DNA of 64,000 nucleotides from Bacillota bacterium (GTDB lineage Bacteria > Bacillota > Sulfobacillia > JAIMAT01). Shown here one piece after another: positions 8,598-18,354 of this stretch. A model generated the notes under the pieces. The model searched no databases. It was not told the origin of the DNA and saw only the letters and a list, made by a program, of their open reading frames with translations. How positions within the stretch are numbered: position 1 is the stretch's first letter; each line of letters begins with the position of its first letter. The position numbers were made by a program, and so were the translations under genes. The DNA is taken from positions 4,297 through 68,296 of the forward strand of contig JASBVS010000018.1 in NCBI GenBank assembly GCA_029960955.1. Reading direction: 5' to 3'.

Positions 8598-11500
8598 ACA
8601 GCGGGAGGCGATCGGCTGCGCGGGCAGCGCCGCGGTCGGCGCGGCGGCCGGCTCGGGGAAGACGGCGGTGCTGGTGGCCCGCTTCCTCCATCTGCTCGAC
8701 CGGGGGCTGGAGCCGGAGGCGATCGCCGCCGTCACCTTCACCGAGCGCGCGGGCGCGGAGCTGCGCATGCGCCTCCGCCAGGAGCTGCTGGGCCGCGACG
8801 ACGCCCGCTCGCGCCGGCTGGCCGAACGTTTCGCCGAACGCGCCTGGGTGGGCACCATCCACAGCCTGGCCGCCCGCCTCCTCCGCCAGGCGCCGCTGGA
8901 GGCGGGGCTGGTCCCCGGCTTCCGCGTGCTGGACGAGGACGAGGCCTCCATCCTGCGGCGGAAGGCGGCCACCGAGGCCGTCCATGCCGCGGTCGCGGGC
9001 GACCCGGAGGTGGCCGCGGTGGTGGCCGAGCTGGGCCTGGACCGGTCGGTGGAGTGGCTGCTGGAGGCCATGGCGCTCCTGCGCCGCGACCGCGTCGCGC
9101 CCGGGGAGGCCGGCCGGCTGACCCTGGCCACGCTGGAAGGGCGCCGGCAAGCGCTGGAGGGGACGGTCGCGCGACTCCTGGGCACGGTGGAGGCGCTCCT
9201 CGCCGCGCCGCGGCGGTCGCTGGCGGCCGGCACGCGAAGGCGGCTGGACGAGCTCCAGGAGCTGGCGCCCGGCCTCGACCGCCTGGCCGAGCGGCTGGCG
9301 GCGCTGGAGCCGGAGGCCGAACTGGCCCTGCGCAGGCTGGCCCGCATCGCCTCGGGCTCGACGGCGCAGGCCGTGCAGCCCCGCATGGCCGAGCTGCGCG
9401 CGCTCCTCGCCGAGCTGGACGGCCTGCTCGGCGACCTGCGCTGGCTCGCCAGGGCGCCCGGCTTCCTGCGCGCGCTGGAGGCCGTGGACCGGGCGTACGA
9501 CCGGGCCAAGGCGGAGCGCGAGGCGGTCGACTTCGACGACCTGGTGGCGCGCGCCCTGGAGCTGCTCGAGCGCCGCGCCGCCCGCGGCGCGCCTCCGCCC
9601 TTCCGAGCCGTCCTGGTGGACGAGTTCCAGGACACCGACCGGCTCCAGTGGTCGCTCTTCCGGCTGCTGGCCGGCTGGCCGGAGAACGGCCAGCTCTACC
9701 TGGTCGGCGACCCCAAGCAGTCGATCTACCGCTTCCGCGGCGCCGACGTGCGCGTCTTCGCCACGGCCTCGCGCGCGCTGGCGCAGGCGGGAGGGCACCG
9801 CCTGGCGCTGCCGCACAACTTCCGCAGCGAGCCGCGCCTGATCGCCTTCGTCAACCGGCTCTTCCGCCGCCTCCTGCCCGCCGAGGGCGACGTCGTCTTC
9901 GAGCCCAGTCGCTCCGCCCGCCCGCGCGCGGCGGAGGGCGGGGAGGTCGGGGCGGCCGGTGGGAGCGAGCCGCGCCTCCTCTTCGTGCTCCTGGAGCCGG
10001 CGCCCGAGCCGCTCACCCAGGAGGAGCGGAGCCGGCGCGAGGCGCGCTACTGGACGGAGGCCATCCGGCGCGTGGTGGAAGCCGGGCGGCCGCGCGTGCC
10101 CGACCCGGAGCTTCCGGCGGACGGCGACCGCCCGGGCGAGCGTCCGCCCCGCTACGGCGACTTCGCCGTGCTGGCGCGCGCCCTGGGCGACCTGCTCCCC
10201 TGGCAGGAAGCGCTGCGCGAGGCGGGCGTCCCCTTCGTGGTGGGAGCCGGGCGCGGCTACTTCCAGCGCGAGGAGGTGCGCGACCTGCTGCGGCTCGTCC
10301 GCTGGCTGCGCGCGCCGGCCGACGAGATGGCGCTGGCGGCGCTCCTCCGCTCGCCCTTCTTCGCCGTCAGCGACGCGGGCGTCACCTGGCTGGTCCGCGC
10401 CCGCGACCGGCTGCGCGAGCAGGGCCAGCCCGGGGCGACGCTCTGGCACGCGCTCGAGCCGGGGACGGTGCTGCGCGACCCCGGCCTGGACGAGGCCGAC
10501 CGCCAGGGGCTGGCCGAGGCCCAGCGCCGGCTCGGCGCCTGGCTGGAGGAGCTGCCCCGGCGCCCGCTCTCCGCCCTGCTGGAGGCCGCGCTGGTCGAGT
10601 CGGGCTACCTGGCCACCTTCGAGGTCTTCCCCGACCGGGAGCGGCGGCTGGCCAACGTCGAGGCCTTCCTCGCACGGGTGGCCGGCCTCGAGGCACGCGG
10701 GCTGGTGACGCCGGAGGAGGTGGCCGCGGAGCTGGAGGCGCTCCTGGAGATGGACCGCCAGGGCGAGCCGGCGCCGCCCAGCGAGGCGGCCGACGCGGTT
10801 CATCTGCTCACCGTCCACGCGGCCAAGGGGCTGGAATTCCCCTGGGTGATCCTCCCCCGCCTGGAGCGGTCGCTGCTCGGCCGCAACCGCAGCCTCCCCC
10901 TCTTCCGGCGCGAGCTGGGGCTGGCGCTGCCGCTGGAGGGGGCGAGCGGCGAGGCCACGCTCTACGGCCGCCTCAAGGCGGAGGAGCGGGCGGCGGCCGT
11001 CGAGGAGGAGAAGCGCCTCCTCTACGTGGCGCTGACCCGCGCCCGCGAGTACCTCTGGCTGAGCGCCGCCCCCTCGGGCCGGGGCTCCGCTCCCGACACC
11101 GCGCGCGCCCCGGAGGCGATGCAGAGCTGGCTCGAGTGGCTCTGGTGGGCGCTGGAGCTGGGGGCGGGCGACCCGCTTCCCGTCGAGCGGCGGCTGGAGG
11201 ATCCGGAGAGCGGCGAGACGGCGGTGGTGACCATCCGGAAGCTGGCGCCGGACGACCTCTCCCGTCTCCTGCGGCAGGAAGGGCGACCCGCCTCCGCCGG
11301 CTCCGCCCCGCCTCCGCAGGCCCCGGCGCAGCCCGCCGCCCGGCCCCTGCCCGCGCCGCCGCCGGAGCGGCCGGAGGCCGACCGGCCGCTGCCCGCCACC
11401 GCGCTCAACACCTGGCGGCGCTGCCCGCGCCTCTTCTACTACGTGCACGTGCGCCACTGGCCCGAGCCGGCGGAGGCCGCGGAGGCCGCGCAGACCCGCC

Positions 11501-12222
11501 CCGGCGCCCCCGGGCGCGACGGCCCGGCGCCCGCCGGGCTTGCGGCAGGCGAGGCGGGCACCCTGGTCCACGCCGTCCTGGAAGCGTTGCCGGCGGCCGG
11601 CCCCGCGAGGCGGGGCGCGACGGGCGAGGCCCCCGGCTTCCCTCTCGCCGGGCTCATCCGCCGCCAGGCGGTACGGCTCGGCCTCGAGGAGGCGCGCGTG
11701 GAGCTCTCGCTTCCCCGCCTGGAGGCCGAGCTGCGGCGCTATCTGGCCTCGCCGGGCTTCCGCGAGCAGGCGGAGGCCGAGCGCGCGGGCCGGCTCTGGC
11801 GGGAGCTGCCGCTGGCGGTCGAGGTGGAGGGCTGGCTCCTGACGGGCCGCCTCGACCGCGCCTGGCTCGACGGCGAGGGCCGCCTGGTCGTCCTCGACTT
11901 CAAGACCGACCGGCTCCGGCCGGGCGAAGAGGAGGAGGCGGTCGACCGCTACCTCTACCAGATGGCCGCCTACGCACAGATGGCGCCGCCCGTCTTCCGG
12001 GCGCCGCTGGAGCGGGTGGAGCTGGCCTGGCTGGCGACGGGCGGGCGAAGCTTTCTCGCCGCCGGCTCGCCCGGGCTCCTCCGCGCCGTCGAGGAGCTGC
12101 GCCAGGTGCTCGCGCGGCTGCACGCCGCCCGGACGGCCGAGGACTATCCGGGCCGGGCGGCCGCCTGCCCCGCGTGCGGCTTCCGCCGGGTCTGCCCGGC
12201 TGCCGCCCGCCGGTCGTCGTGA
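8575..12222 (+). CDS. addA: AddA-like UvrD helicase / PD-(D/E)xK nuclease
   Basis: Walker A AAAGSGKT; VTFTERA; DEFQDT; VGDPKQSIYRFRGA; NFRS; TVHAAKGLEF; EEKRLLYVALTRA; GRLDR..LDFKTD; YQMAAY. Confidence 0.88.
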   Translation: MTLTWTDEQREAIGCAGSAAVGAAAGSGKTAVLVARFLHLLDRGLEPEAIAAVTFTERAGAELRMRLRQELLGRDDARSRRLAERFAERAWVGTIHSLAARLLRQAPLEAGLVPGFRVLDEDEASILRRKAATEAVHAAVAGDPEVAAVVAELGLDRSVEWLLEAMALLRRDRVAPGEAGRLTLATLEGRRQALEGTVARLLGTVEALLAAPRRSLAAGTRRRLDELQELAPGLDRLAERLAALEPEAELALRRLARIASGSTAQAVQPRMAELRALLAELDGLLGDLRWLARAPGFLRALEAVDRAYDRAKAEREAVDFDDLVARALELLERRAARGAPPPFRAVLVDEFQDTDRLQWSLFRLLAGWPENGQLYLVGDPKQSIYRFRGADVRVFATASRALAQAGGHRLALPHNFRSEPRLIAFVNRLFRRLLPAEGDVVFEPSRSARPRAAEGGEVGAAGGSEPRLLFVLLEPAPEPLTQEERSRREARYWTEAIRRVVEAGRPRVPDPELPADGDRPGERPPRYGDFAVLARALGDLLPWQEALREAGVPFVVGAGRGYFQREEVRDLLRLVRWLRAPADEMALAALLRSPFFAVSDAGVTWLVRARDRLREQGQPGATLWHALEPGTVLRDPGLDEADRQGLAEAQRRLGAWLEELPRRPLSALLEAALVESGYLATFEVFPDRERRLANVEAFLARVAGLEARGLVTPEEVAAELEALLEMDRQGEPAPPSEAADAVHLLTVHAAKGLEFPWVILPRLERSLLGRNRSLPLFRRELGLALPLEGASGEATLYGRLKAEERAAAVEEEKRLLYVALTRAREYLWLSAAPSGRGSAPDTARAPEAMQSWLEWLWWALELGAGDPLPVERRLEDPESGETAVVTIRKLAPDDLSRLLRQEGRPASAGSAPPPQAPAQPAARPLPAPPPERPEADRPLPATALNTWRRCPRLFYYVHVRHWPEPAEAAEAAQTRPGAPGRDGPAPAGLAAGEAGTLVHAVLEALPAAGPARRGATGEAPGFPLAGLIRRQAVRLGLEEARVELSLPRLEAELRRYLASPGFREQAEAERAGRLWRELPLAVEVEGWLLTGRLDRAWLDGEGRLVVLDFKTDRLRPGEEEEAVDRYLYQMAAYAQMAPPVFRAPLERVELAWLATGGRSFLAAGSPGLLRAVEELRQVLARLHAARTAEDYPGRAAACPACGFRRVCPAAARRSS

Positions 12223-12264
12223 GCCCGCGCGACGGCCGAGGGCGGCCGGCGGGCCGGGAGGGCG

Positions 12265-12792
12265 TCAGGCGGGATCCGCCGGCAACAGGTCGCCGTCGCG
12301 GGCCGCGTGCGCGATGCGGGCCGCCGCCGCGGCGGCGACGGCGGAGACCAGGTCGTCCAGGAAGGTGTTGACGTGGCCGGCGTCGCCGTTGATGCGACCG
12401 ATGACGCCCGGCTTGGTCTTGTCGAGGTAGCCGAAGTTGGTCAGCCCGATGGAGCCGTAGACGTTGGTGATGGAGAGCGCCAGCACCTCGTCGATGCCGT
12501 AGAGCGAGTCGTCCCGGCGCAGCATCGCTCCCAGGGGCGGGTCGAGCTGCCCGCGTTCGGCCAGCTCGTCCAGGGCGATGCCGGTGAAGATGGCGTTCTG
12601 CACCTCGCGCTTGTCGAGCACGTGCTCGACGCTGGCGCGACACGCCTCCAGGGTGAGGCCGGGGACATACTTCCTCTGGAGATCGAGCACGAGTTCGGCG
12701 ATGGCGTCCAGGGTGACGCCCCTCCGGGCGAGCCAGGCCTCGGCCAGCGCCCGCATGCCGATTCCGTTCAGCCGTTCTTCCAGCCCGGCCAC
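12265..12792 (-). CDS. pgpA: Phosphatidylglycerophosphatase A (YutG-like)
   Basis: KREVQNAIFTGIALD..YGIDEVLALSITNVYGSIGLTNFGYLDK..NTFLDDLVSAVAAAA; start uncertain (GTG 12792 or ATG 12756). Confidence 0.85.
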   Translation of the reverse strand: MAGLEERLNGIGMRALAEAWLARRGVTLDAIAELVLDLQRKYVPGLTLEACRASVEHVLDKREVQNAIFTGIALDELAERGQLDPPLGAMLRRDDSLYGIDEVLALSITNVYGSIGLTNFGYLDKTKPGVIGRINGDAGHVNTFLDDLVSAVAAAAAARIAHAARDGDLLPADPA

Positions 12793-12948
12793 CTCTTCAC
12801 CCCCGCTCGGCTCCATTCTACTGCCGCGGGCTGGCCCGCCCGCGCGGCCGGGCGCCGGCGGTGTCAGGGCGCGCTACACTTGGTGCTGGCTGGAAGGGGC
12901 CGCGGCGACGGACCGGGAGCGATCCGATCCTGCAGGGAGGTGGGCGAC

Positions 12949-13230
12949 TTGCATTCCGTACCCAGCCGCTCGACGCAACGCTTCCTCGGTGACACCGGGA
13001 GCCGGCTGGTGCACGATCTGCTCAACGAGACGCCGGAGTGCGGGACGCTGGAGGTGCTCCGGCAGGGCAGGGCCGTCGGCTTCATCCCCGACTCGCTGAG
13101 GGCCGCCGTGGCGGAGAAGTTCCGCCCGTGCCCGCGCTGCCTGCCCGAGGAGGCGGCCGCGGGCGGGCAGGAGGGCGAGGCCGCCGGCGCGGCGGCCGCG
13201 GTCGAGGACCACCGGCCGGCCCGCGCCTGA
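12949..13230 (+). CDS. Small hypothetical protein, possible Zn-binding (H..C..CxxC)
   Basis: AGGGAGGTG RBS then TTG; FLGDTGSRLVHDL..EC..FRPCPRCLP; TACACT -10-like hexamer at 12875. Confidence 0.6.
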   Translation: MHSVPSRSTQRFLGDTGSRLVHDLLNETPECGTLEVLRQGRAVGFIPDSLRAAVAEKFRPCPRCLPEEAAAGGQEGEAAGAAAAVEDHRPARA

Positions 13231-13253
13231 GGGAGCGGCCGCCGGAAAGCGGA

Positions 13254-13296
13254 AGCCGGCCTGCGCAGAGGGTCGTCCCGACCCCTGCCGGCCGGC
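13254..13296 (-). terminator. Probable rnpB terminator hairpin between convergent units
   Basis: Minus strand GCCGGCC.GCAGGGGTCG-gga-CGACCCTCTGC..GGCCGGC followed by TTCCGCTTT. Confidence 0.45.
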
Positions 13297-13298
13297 GC

Positions 13299-13666
13299 GC
13301 GAGTTGCCCGTAAGCCGAGTTCTGTCGAGGGCGGTCATCCATCTGGGACGCCGGTCGCCCGGCGCCTCGAGCGGCCAACCCGGGAGGTCCACGGGCCGTA
13401 TCATCCCTCCCCTATTCGGCCTTGCAGCGGGTGGGGTTTGCCATGGCGGGCCGGTCGCCCAAGCCCCGGTGCGCTCTTACCGCACCGTTTCACCCTTGCC
13501 GGCGACGGCCGCCCGCCCGCGGCGGGCCGCGCTCGTGCCGGCGGTCTGGTCTCTGTGGCACTTTCCTTGAGGTCGCCCTCACCGGGTGTTACCCGGCACC
13601 CTGCCCTGCGCTGCTCGGACTTTCCTCACGCGCCGAACGGCGCGCGCGACCGCCTGGACAACTCGC
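13299..13666 (-). ncRNA. rnpB: RNase P RNA (bacterial, apparently type A)
   Basis: Minus strand has GAGGAAAGTCCGAGC, GGAAAGTGCCACAGA, GGGTGAAACGGTGCGGTAAGAGCGCACC, AAACCCCACCCGCTGCAAG and ACAGAACTCGGCTTAC; the ends pair as P1 (GCGAGTTG/CAACTCGC). Confidence 0.95.
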
Positions 13667-13801
13667 AGTTCCATGTTCCCCTCGCCGCGGCGCGCGGTCA
13701 ACGGCAGAGCGCGGCTGCGCCGCCATGGAGTGGCGCCGGCCATGCGCCGGCCGGGTTATCATGACACGCGGAAGGAAGATCCGGATGCGGAGGTGGGAGC
13801 G

Positions 13802-14011
13802 CTGAACGGGGTTTACATCCACAACGCCTACTGCGAGCCGGACACCGTCCTCCAGCTCCTGAAGCGGCGCGGCCAGGTGGTCGACCTCCGCTCGCTGGGC
13901 GACGGCCAGTACAGGATCGTCTACGACGCCGACGGCGTGCGCCGGACGGTCCGCTTCGACGCCGACCTCGACGTCCTGGAGGAGCAGGAAGCGCCCGCGC
14001 CCGCCCGCTGA
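13802..14011 (+). CDS. Small hypothetical protein (about 69 aa), probable CTG start
   Basis: GGAGGTG RBS at 13789-13795 then in-frame CTG; high-GC3 codons; NGVYIHNAYCEPDTVLQLLKRRG..RTVRFDADLDVLEE. Confidence 0.6.
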   Translation: MNGVYIHNAYCEPDTVLQLLKRRGQVVDLRSLGDGQYRIVYDADGVRRTVRFDADLDVLEEQEAPAPAR

Positions 14012-14053
14012 ACAGCCCGAACAGCCGGAACCGATCCCGAGGCGGTGGGAGCC

Positions 14054-15343
14054 ATGGCGGAACTGACGCTGAGCATCAAGCCGGACACGCTGACGCTGAG
14101 CCGCGAACACCGGCGGATCGTCGCCTTCGACCGCGAGGGCCGCTGGACGACCGTCTTCGTCGACGGCGTCGCCTACCAGCGCGGTCTCTCGGGACAGGTG
14201 CTGGAGAAGGCGCTCCAGCCGGAGAACGGCGGCCTGCGCAAACGGCTGCGCGCGCTTTCGCCCGAGGAGAGGGCGCGGCTGGCCGAGATGACGGCCGAGC
14301 TGGCCGGCGAGGCGCGGCTGCGACTGGAGCGCGGCGACGGGCTGCTGCGCTGGGAGCTGCCGCCCCTGGTCGCGCGCGTGCTCGAGGAAGCCGCGCTCCG
14401 ACCGGAGGCGCTGGCGCTCCCCTGGCTGGAGCGGGCGCTGGCATGGGACGGGGCGAGGCTCGAGGGCGACGCCCGGCGCTTCCTGGACGTCTACCAGCCG
14501 ATCTCGATCCTGCCGCCGGACCAGTACCGGGCCGTCTACCTCCAGGCGACCAGCGGCTGCTCCTACAACAAGTGCTCCTTCTGCGACCTCTACCGCGATC
14601 GGCGCTTCGCCATGAAGACCGTGGAGGAGTTCCGACGCCACGTCGAGGCGGTGCGCGACTTCCTGGGGAGGACGGCGCTGGGCCGGCGGACGCTCTTCCT
14701 GGGCGACGGGAACGCGCTCATGGCCCCCACCGACCGCCTCCTGCACTGGATGGAGACGGCCTCCTCCGTCTTCCCGCTCGCCCCGGGAGCGACGATCGCC
14801 GAGCGGCTTCGCTACGTGGAGAGCCACCCGGGCAGCTACGAGGGCTTCTACATCTTCCAGGACCTCTTCCACACGCGCGAGAAGCCGGTGGCCGAGCTGC
14901 AGGCGCTGGCCGCGCACGGGCTGAGGCGCGTCTACCTGGGCGTCGAGACGGGCAGCGAGGCGCTCAGCCGCTTCCTTCACAAGCCGGGGCGGCCGTCCTA
15001 CGCGCTCCAGGCGGTCCGCAACCTCCACCGCGCCGGTCTCGCGGTCGGCCTCATCCTCCTCCTCGGCGCCGGAGGAAGCGCCTACGCCGCGGAGCACGTC
15101 GTCCAGACGGCCGACCTGCTCAACCGCATGGAGCTGGGCCCGGACGACCTGATCTACTACTCGCCGATCGTCGAGATCCCCGGCCTCCCCTACCAGCAGG
15201 CGATGGACGCCGAGGGGATCCGGCGGCTGGACGAGGCGGAGCTGGAGGAGCAGCGCCGGCTCCTGGACGCGGCGATCCGGGCGCCCCGCTGGCCGCGCGG
15301 GCCGCGCCGGTCGCTCTACGACATCCGCGAGTTCGTCTACTAG
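14054..15343 (+). CDS. Radical SAM protein with an uncharacterised N-terminal domain
   Basis: LQATSGCSYNKCSFCDLY (CxxxCxxC); LFLGDGNAL; RVYLGVETGS. Confidence 0.9.
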   Translation: MAELTLSIKPDTLTLSREHRRIVAFDREGRWTTVFVDGVAYQRGLSGQVLEKALQPENGGLRKRLRALSPEERARLAEMTAELAGEARLRLERGDGLLRWELPPLVARVLEEAALRPEALALPWLERALAWDGARLEGDARRFLDVYQPISILPPDQYRAVYLQATSGCSYNKCSFCDLYRDRRFAMKTVEEFRRHVEAVRDFLGRTALGRRTLFLGDGNALMAPTDRLLHWMETASSVFPLAPGATIAERLRYVESHPGSYEGFYIFQDLFHTREKPVAELQALAAHGLRRVYLGVETGSEALSRFLHKPGRPSYALQAVRNLHRAGLAVGLILLLGAGGSAYAAEHVVQTADLLNRMELGPDDLIYYSPIVEIPGLPYQQAMDAEGIRRLDEAELEEQRRLLDAAIRAPRWPRGPRRSLYDIREFVY

Positions 15344-15391
15344 CGGGGGCCGCCGCGCTCCGCCCGCATAGGCTGAGGCGGGGGTGAAGCG

Positions 15392-16390
15392 GTGTCCCGA
15401 CTGGCGCGGCAGCCGGGCCCGCCGGTTTCCGCGCGCGCCTCCTTCGGCCTCGCCCTGGGCGCGGGCGGCCTGCGCGGCCTCGCCCACGTGGGCGTCCTGC
15501 AAGCGCTCGGCGAGGCCGGCCTCCGTCCGGCCGCCATCGCCGGCTCCAGCGCCGGCGCCATCGTCGCCGCGCTCTACGCGGCCGGCTGGAGCCCCGGGGA
15601 GATGGAGGCGCTCGCCCGCACCCTCGACGCGCGCCGCCTCTACGACCTCGCCGTCGGTCCCGGCCGCCTCGCCGCGGCGCTGGCGCGCTGGCTCCTGGGG
15701 GAGGCCGGCCTGCCCAACGGCTGGCTGCCGCCCTACCCCCTCGGCCTGATCCGCGGCGAGCGGCTGCGGCGGCTCCTGGAGAGCTGGCTCGGTCACCGCC
15801 GCTTCGCGGAGCTCGATCTGCCGCTGGCCGTGATCGCCACCGACCTGACGCGCGGCCGGCGCGTGGTCTTCGCCTCGGCCGGCCGGGCGCGGGCGCTGGC
15901 GGAGGCGCTGGAACGCGCCTGCCCGGGGCCGGAGGTGACGGTGGCCGAGGCGGTGCGCGCCAGCATCGCCATCCCGGGACTCTTCGAGCCGTACGACTGG
16001 GGGCAGAGCCTCCTGGCCGACGGCGGCATCCTGGACGCCGTGCCGGCCGACGTGCTCCGGGCCATGGGCGTGCAGGTGGCGGTGGCCGTCGACCTGGGCT
16101 TCGCCGACCGCCGCCGGCGGCCGATCCGCAACGTCCTCGACCTGGGGATGCAGGCCGTCGAGCTGATGGGCGACGCCCTGACACGGCTGACGCTCGACCG
16201 CCACGCGACGCTGGTCATCCGGCCGGAGGTGCGCGACCCCGGCCTGACCGACTTCCGGCACGTCGCGGAGATCGTGGCGCGGGGCTACGAGGCCGGGCGG
16301 GAGGCGTTGCCGGAGCTCCGGCGCGCGCTGGCGGAGGCCGCCGGCGGTCGCCCGGGGTCGTTGCGGCCGCGCTCGGGCGAGACGTCCTAG
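15392..16390 (+). CDS. Patatin-like phospholipase (YlbK/RssA-like)
   Basis: LALGAGGLRGLAHVGVL; GSSAG nucleophile motif; ASIAIPGLF; LADGG. Confidence 0.9.
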   Translation: MSRLARQPGPPVSARASFGLALGAGGLRGLAHVGVLQALGEAGLRPAAIAGSSAGAIVAALYAAGWSPGEMEALARTLDARRLYDLAVGPGRLAAALARWLLGEAGLPNGWLPPYPLGLIRGERLRRLLESWLGHRRFAELDLPLAVIATDLTRGRRVVFASAGRARALAEALERACPGPEVTVAEAVRASIAIPGLFEPYDWGQSLLADGGILDAVPADVLRAMGVQVAVAVDLGFADRRRRPIRNVLDLGMQAVELMGDALTRLTLDRHATLVIRPEVRDPGLTDFRHVAEIVARGYEAGREALPELRRALAEAAGGRPGSLRPRSGETS

Positions 16391-17082
16391 CGCGCGCCCA
16401 GTTCCGCGAGCATCTCGCCCAACCGGTTGGCCAGGCGTTCGAGGCCGCTCCGCGCGCCGGCGCCGGCCTCCGGCCGGGAGGCGAGGTGCGCCAGGCGAGC
16501 CTCCACCTCCTCGAGGCGGCGGCGGAGGAGGGGGACGAGGAGCGGGTCCCTCCGCTCCCAGAGGCGCGGGCCGATCTCCATCACCAGCGCTTCCTGGGGC
16601 GGCTCGCGCCCCGGCTCGGCGCGGATCACCTCGTAGATCCGCTCGCCCTCCGCCACCAGCTCCTCGTCCGCCAGGCGGTAGCCGTGCGCCACCAGCCAGC
16701 GGCGCAGGGTGCCGGCGTGGCTCATCGGCTGGAAGACCCAGCAGGGGACGCTCCCGCGCACGTCGGGATGCGCCTCCAGGATCTCGACGATCCGGTCGCC
16801 CCCCAGGCCGGCGATGACCACCACCTCGGCCTCGCCCGGCGCCAGCGCCTCGAGCCCGTCGCCCTGCCGCAGCTCGACCTGGCCGGCCAGCCCGAAGCTC
16901 TGCACGTTGCGCAGCGCCCGGTCGAGCGGACCGCGGCGCAGCTCGACGGCGATCGCCCGCGGCGCGATGCCGGTGGAGACCAGGTAGACGGGGAGCAGCG
17001 CGTGGTCGGTGCCGACGTCGGCCACCACCCGCTCGGGCGGTACCTGTCGCGCGATCGCCAGCAGCCTCGGCGAGAGCTGCAC
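16387..17082 (-). CDS. trmK: tRNA (adenine22-N1)-methyltransferase
   Basis: LSPRLLAIA..VADVGTDHALLPVYL..GDGLEAL..VIAGLGG..FQPM. Confidence 0.9.
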   Translation of the reverse strand: MQLSPRLLAIARQVPPERVVADVGTDHALLPVYLVSTGIAPRAIAVELRRGPLDRALRNVQSFGLAGQVELRQGDGLEALAPGEAEVVVIAGLGGDRIVEILEAHPDVRGSVPCWVFQPMSHAGTLRRWLVAHGYRLADEELVAEGERIYEVIRAEPGREPPQEALVMEIGPRLWERRDPLLVPLLRRRLEEVEARLAHLASRPEAGAGARSGLERLANRLGEMLAELGAR

Positions 17083-17148
17083 GTGCCTTCCCCTCTCCCC
17101 TCGCCCCGGGCGGACGAGCCTCGCCGCCCGCCCGTCTCCCTCCTTCGC

Positions 17149-18354
17149 CTATGCCCGCTGCAGGATGAAGCACTTCAAGTAGTCGGAGGCCGGGTGTCCC
17201 AGCCGGACCGGGTGGTCCGGGGAGGCGCCGCGCCGCTCCAGGAGCCGGAAGGCGAGGCCCGCGTCGGCGGCGGCGTCGACGAGCATCTGCTCGAACATCT
17301 CCGCCCGGACGGGCTGCGAGCAGCTGCAGGTCACCAGGAGCCCGCCCGGCTCCAGCAGGCGCATGGCTTGCAGGTTGATCTCCTTGTACCCCCGGTAGGC
17401 GCCGTCCAGGTCCGCGGCCCTGCGGGCGAAGGCCGGCGGATCCAGGATCACCATGCCGTAGCGGGCGCCCGCCTGAACCTTCTCGCGCAGCGCCGCGAAG
17501 GCATCGCCCTCGAGGAAGCGGACCCGTTCCGCCAGCCCGTTCCGCTCCGCGTTGCGGCGCGCCAGCTCCAGCGCCGGCCCCGAGCTGTCCCACGCCTCCA
17601 CGCGCTCCGCGCCGCCCGCCGCGGCCTGGAGCGCAAAGCCGCCGGTGTGGGTGAACATGTCCAGGACGGTCCGTCCCGGGGCCAGGCCGGCGACCCGCAG
17701 CCGGTTCTCGCGCTGGTCGAGGAACCAGCCGGTCTTCTGGCCGCCCAGCACGTCCACCTGGAAGCGGAGGGCGCCTTCCCGGATCCAGAGCTCCTCCGGC
17801 AGCCGGCCGCGGAGCAGGCCGGAACGGGGCTCCAACCCCTCGTGCCGCCGGATCCCCGCCTCGTCCCGCTCCACCACGGCCACCGGCTCCAGCATCGCCT
17901 CCAGCTGGTCGAGGATCGCCTCCCGGAAGGGCTCGAGTCCCGCGGCGAGGAAGCCGACCACCACCACCGCACCGTAGCGGTCGACGATCAGGCCCGGAAT
18001 ACCGTCCGCCTCGGCGAAGACCAGCCGGCAGGCGTCCGCGTCGGGCAGCCACCGGCGGCGGTAAAGCCAGGCTTCCTCCAGGCGCCGGCGGAACCAGCCC
18101 GCGTCGATCCGCGCCAGCGGGTCCCGGTCCAGCAGGCGGACGGCCAGCCGGGAGCGCGGGTTGTAGAAGCCGCAGCCGAGCTCTCCGCCGCGCTGCGAGC
18201 GGATCCGCACCACCTCGCCCGGCCGGGCGCCCGGCTCCGCCTCCACCACCTCGTCGCGATAGATCCAGCCGCGCCCCTCCCGCACCGCCCGCGAGCCGGA
18301 ACCCGAGACGCGCACCAGCGGCCGGGAGCGGATCCCCCCGCCGCCCGCGGTCAC
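17149..18354 (-). CDS. RlmI-like class I SAM-dependent rRNA m5C methyltransferase
   Basis: PUA N-terminus; [13 protein letters not shown]; [14 protein letters not shown]; ILDPPAFA; LVTCSCS; YLKC. Confidence 0.88.
   Translation of the reverse strand: MTAGGGGIRSRPLVRVSGSGSRAVREGRGWIYRDEVVEAEPGARPGEVVRIRSQRGGELGCGFYNPRSRLAVRLLDRDPLARIDAGWFRRRLEEAWLYRRRWLPDADACRLVFAEADGIPGLIVDRYGAVVVVGFLAAGLEPFREAILDQLEAMLEPVAVVERDEAGIRRHEGLEPRSGLLRGRLPEELWIREGALRFQVDVLGGQKTGWFLDQRENRLRVAGLAPGRTVLDMFTHTGGFALQAAAGGAERVEAWDSSGPALELARRNAERNGLAERVRFLEGDAFAALREKVQAGARYGMVILDPPAFARRAADLDGAYRGYKEINLQAMRLLEPGGLLVTCSCSQPVRAEMFEQMLVDAAADAGLAFRLLERRGASPDHPVRLGHPASDYLKCFILQRA

Noticed and set aside
7660-12222. Cas4-like Cys/PD-(D/E)xK motifs suggesting CRISPR or a defence system
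   Set aside because: They are the C-terminal nuclease domains of the AddAB-type pair
12793-12816. ATG at 12816 as the pgpA start
   Set aside because: The ATG overlaps a TAGAAT -10-like hexamer and has no RBS; a downstream start is more plausible
13304-13805. Short ORFs overlapping 13.3-13.7 kb
   Set aside because: The region is RNase P RNA on the minus strand
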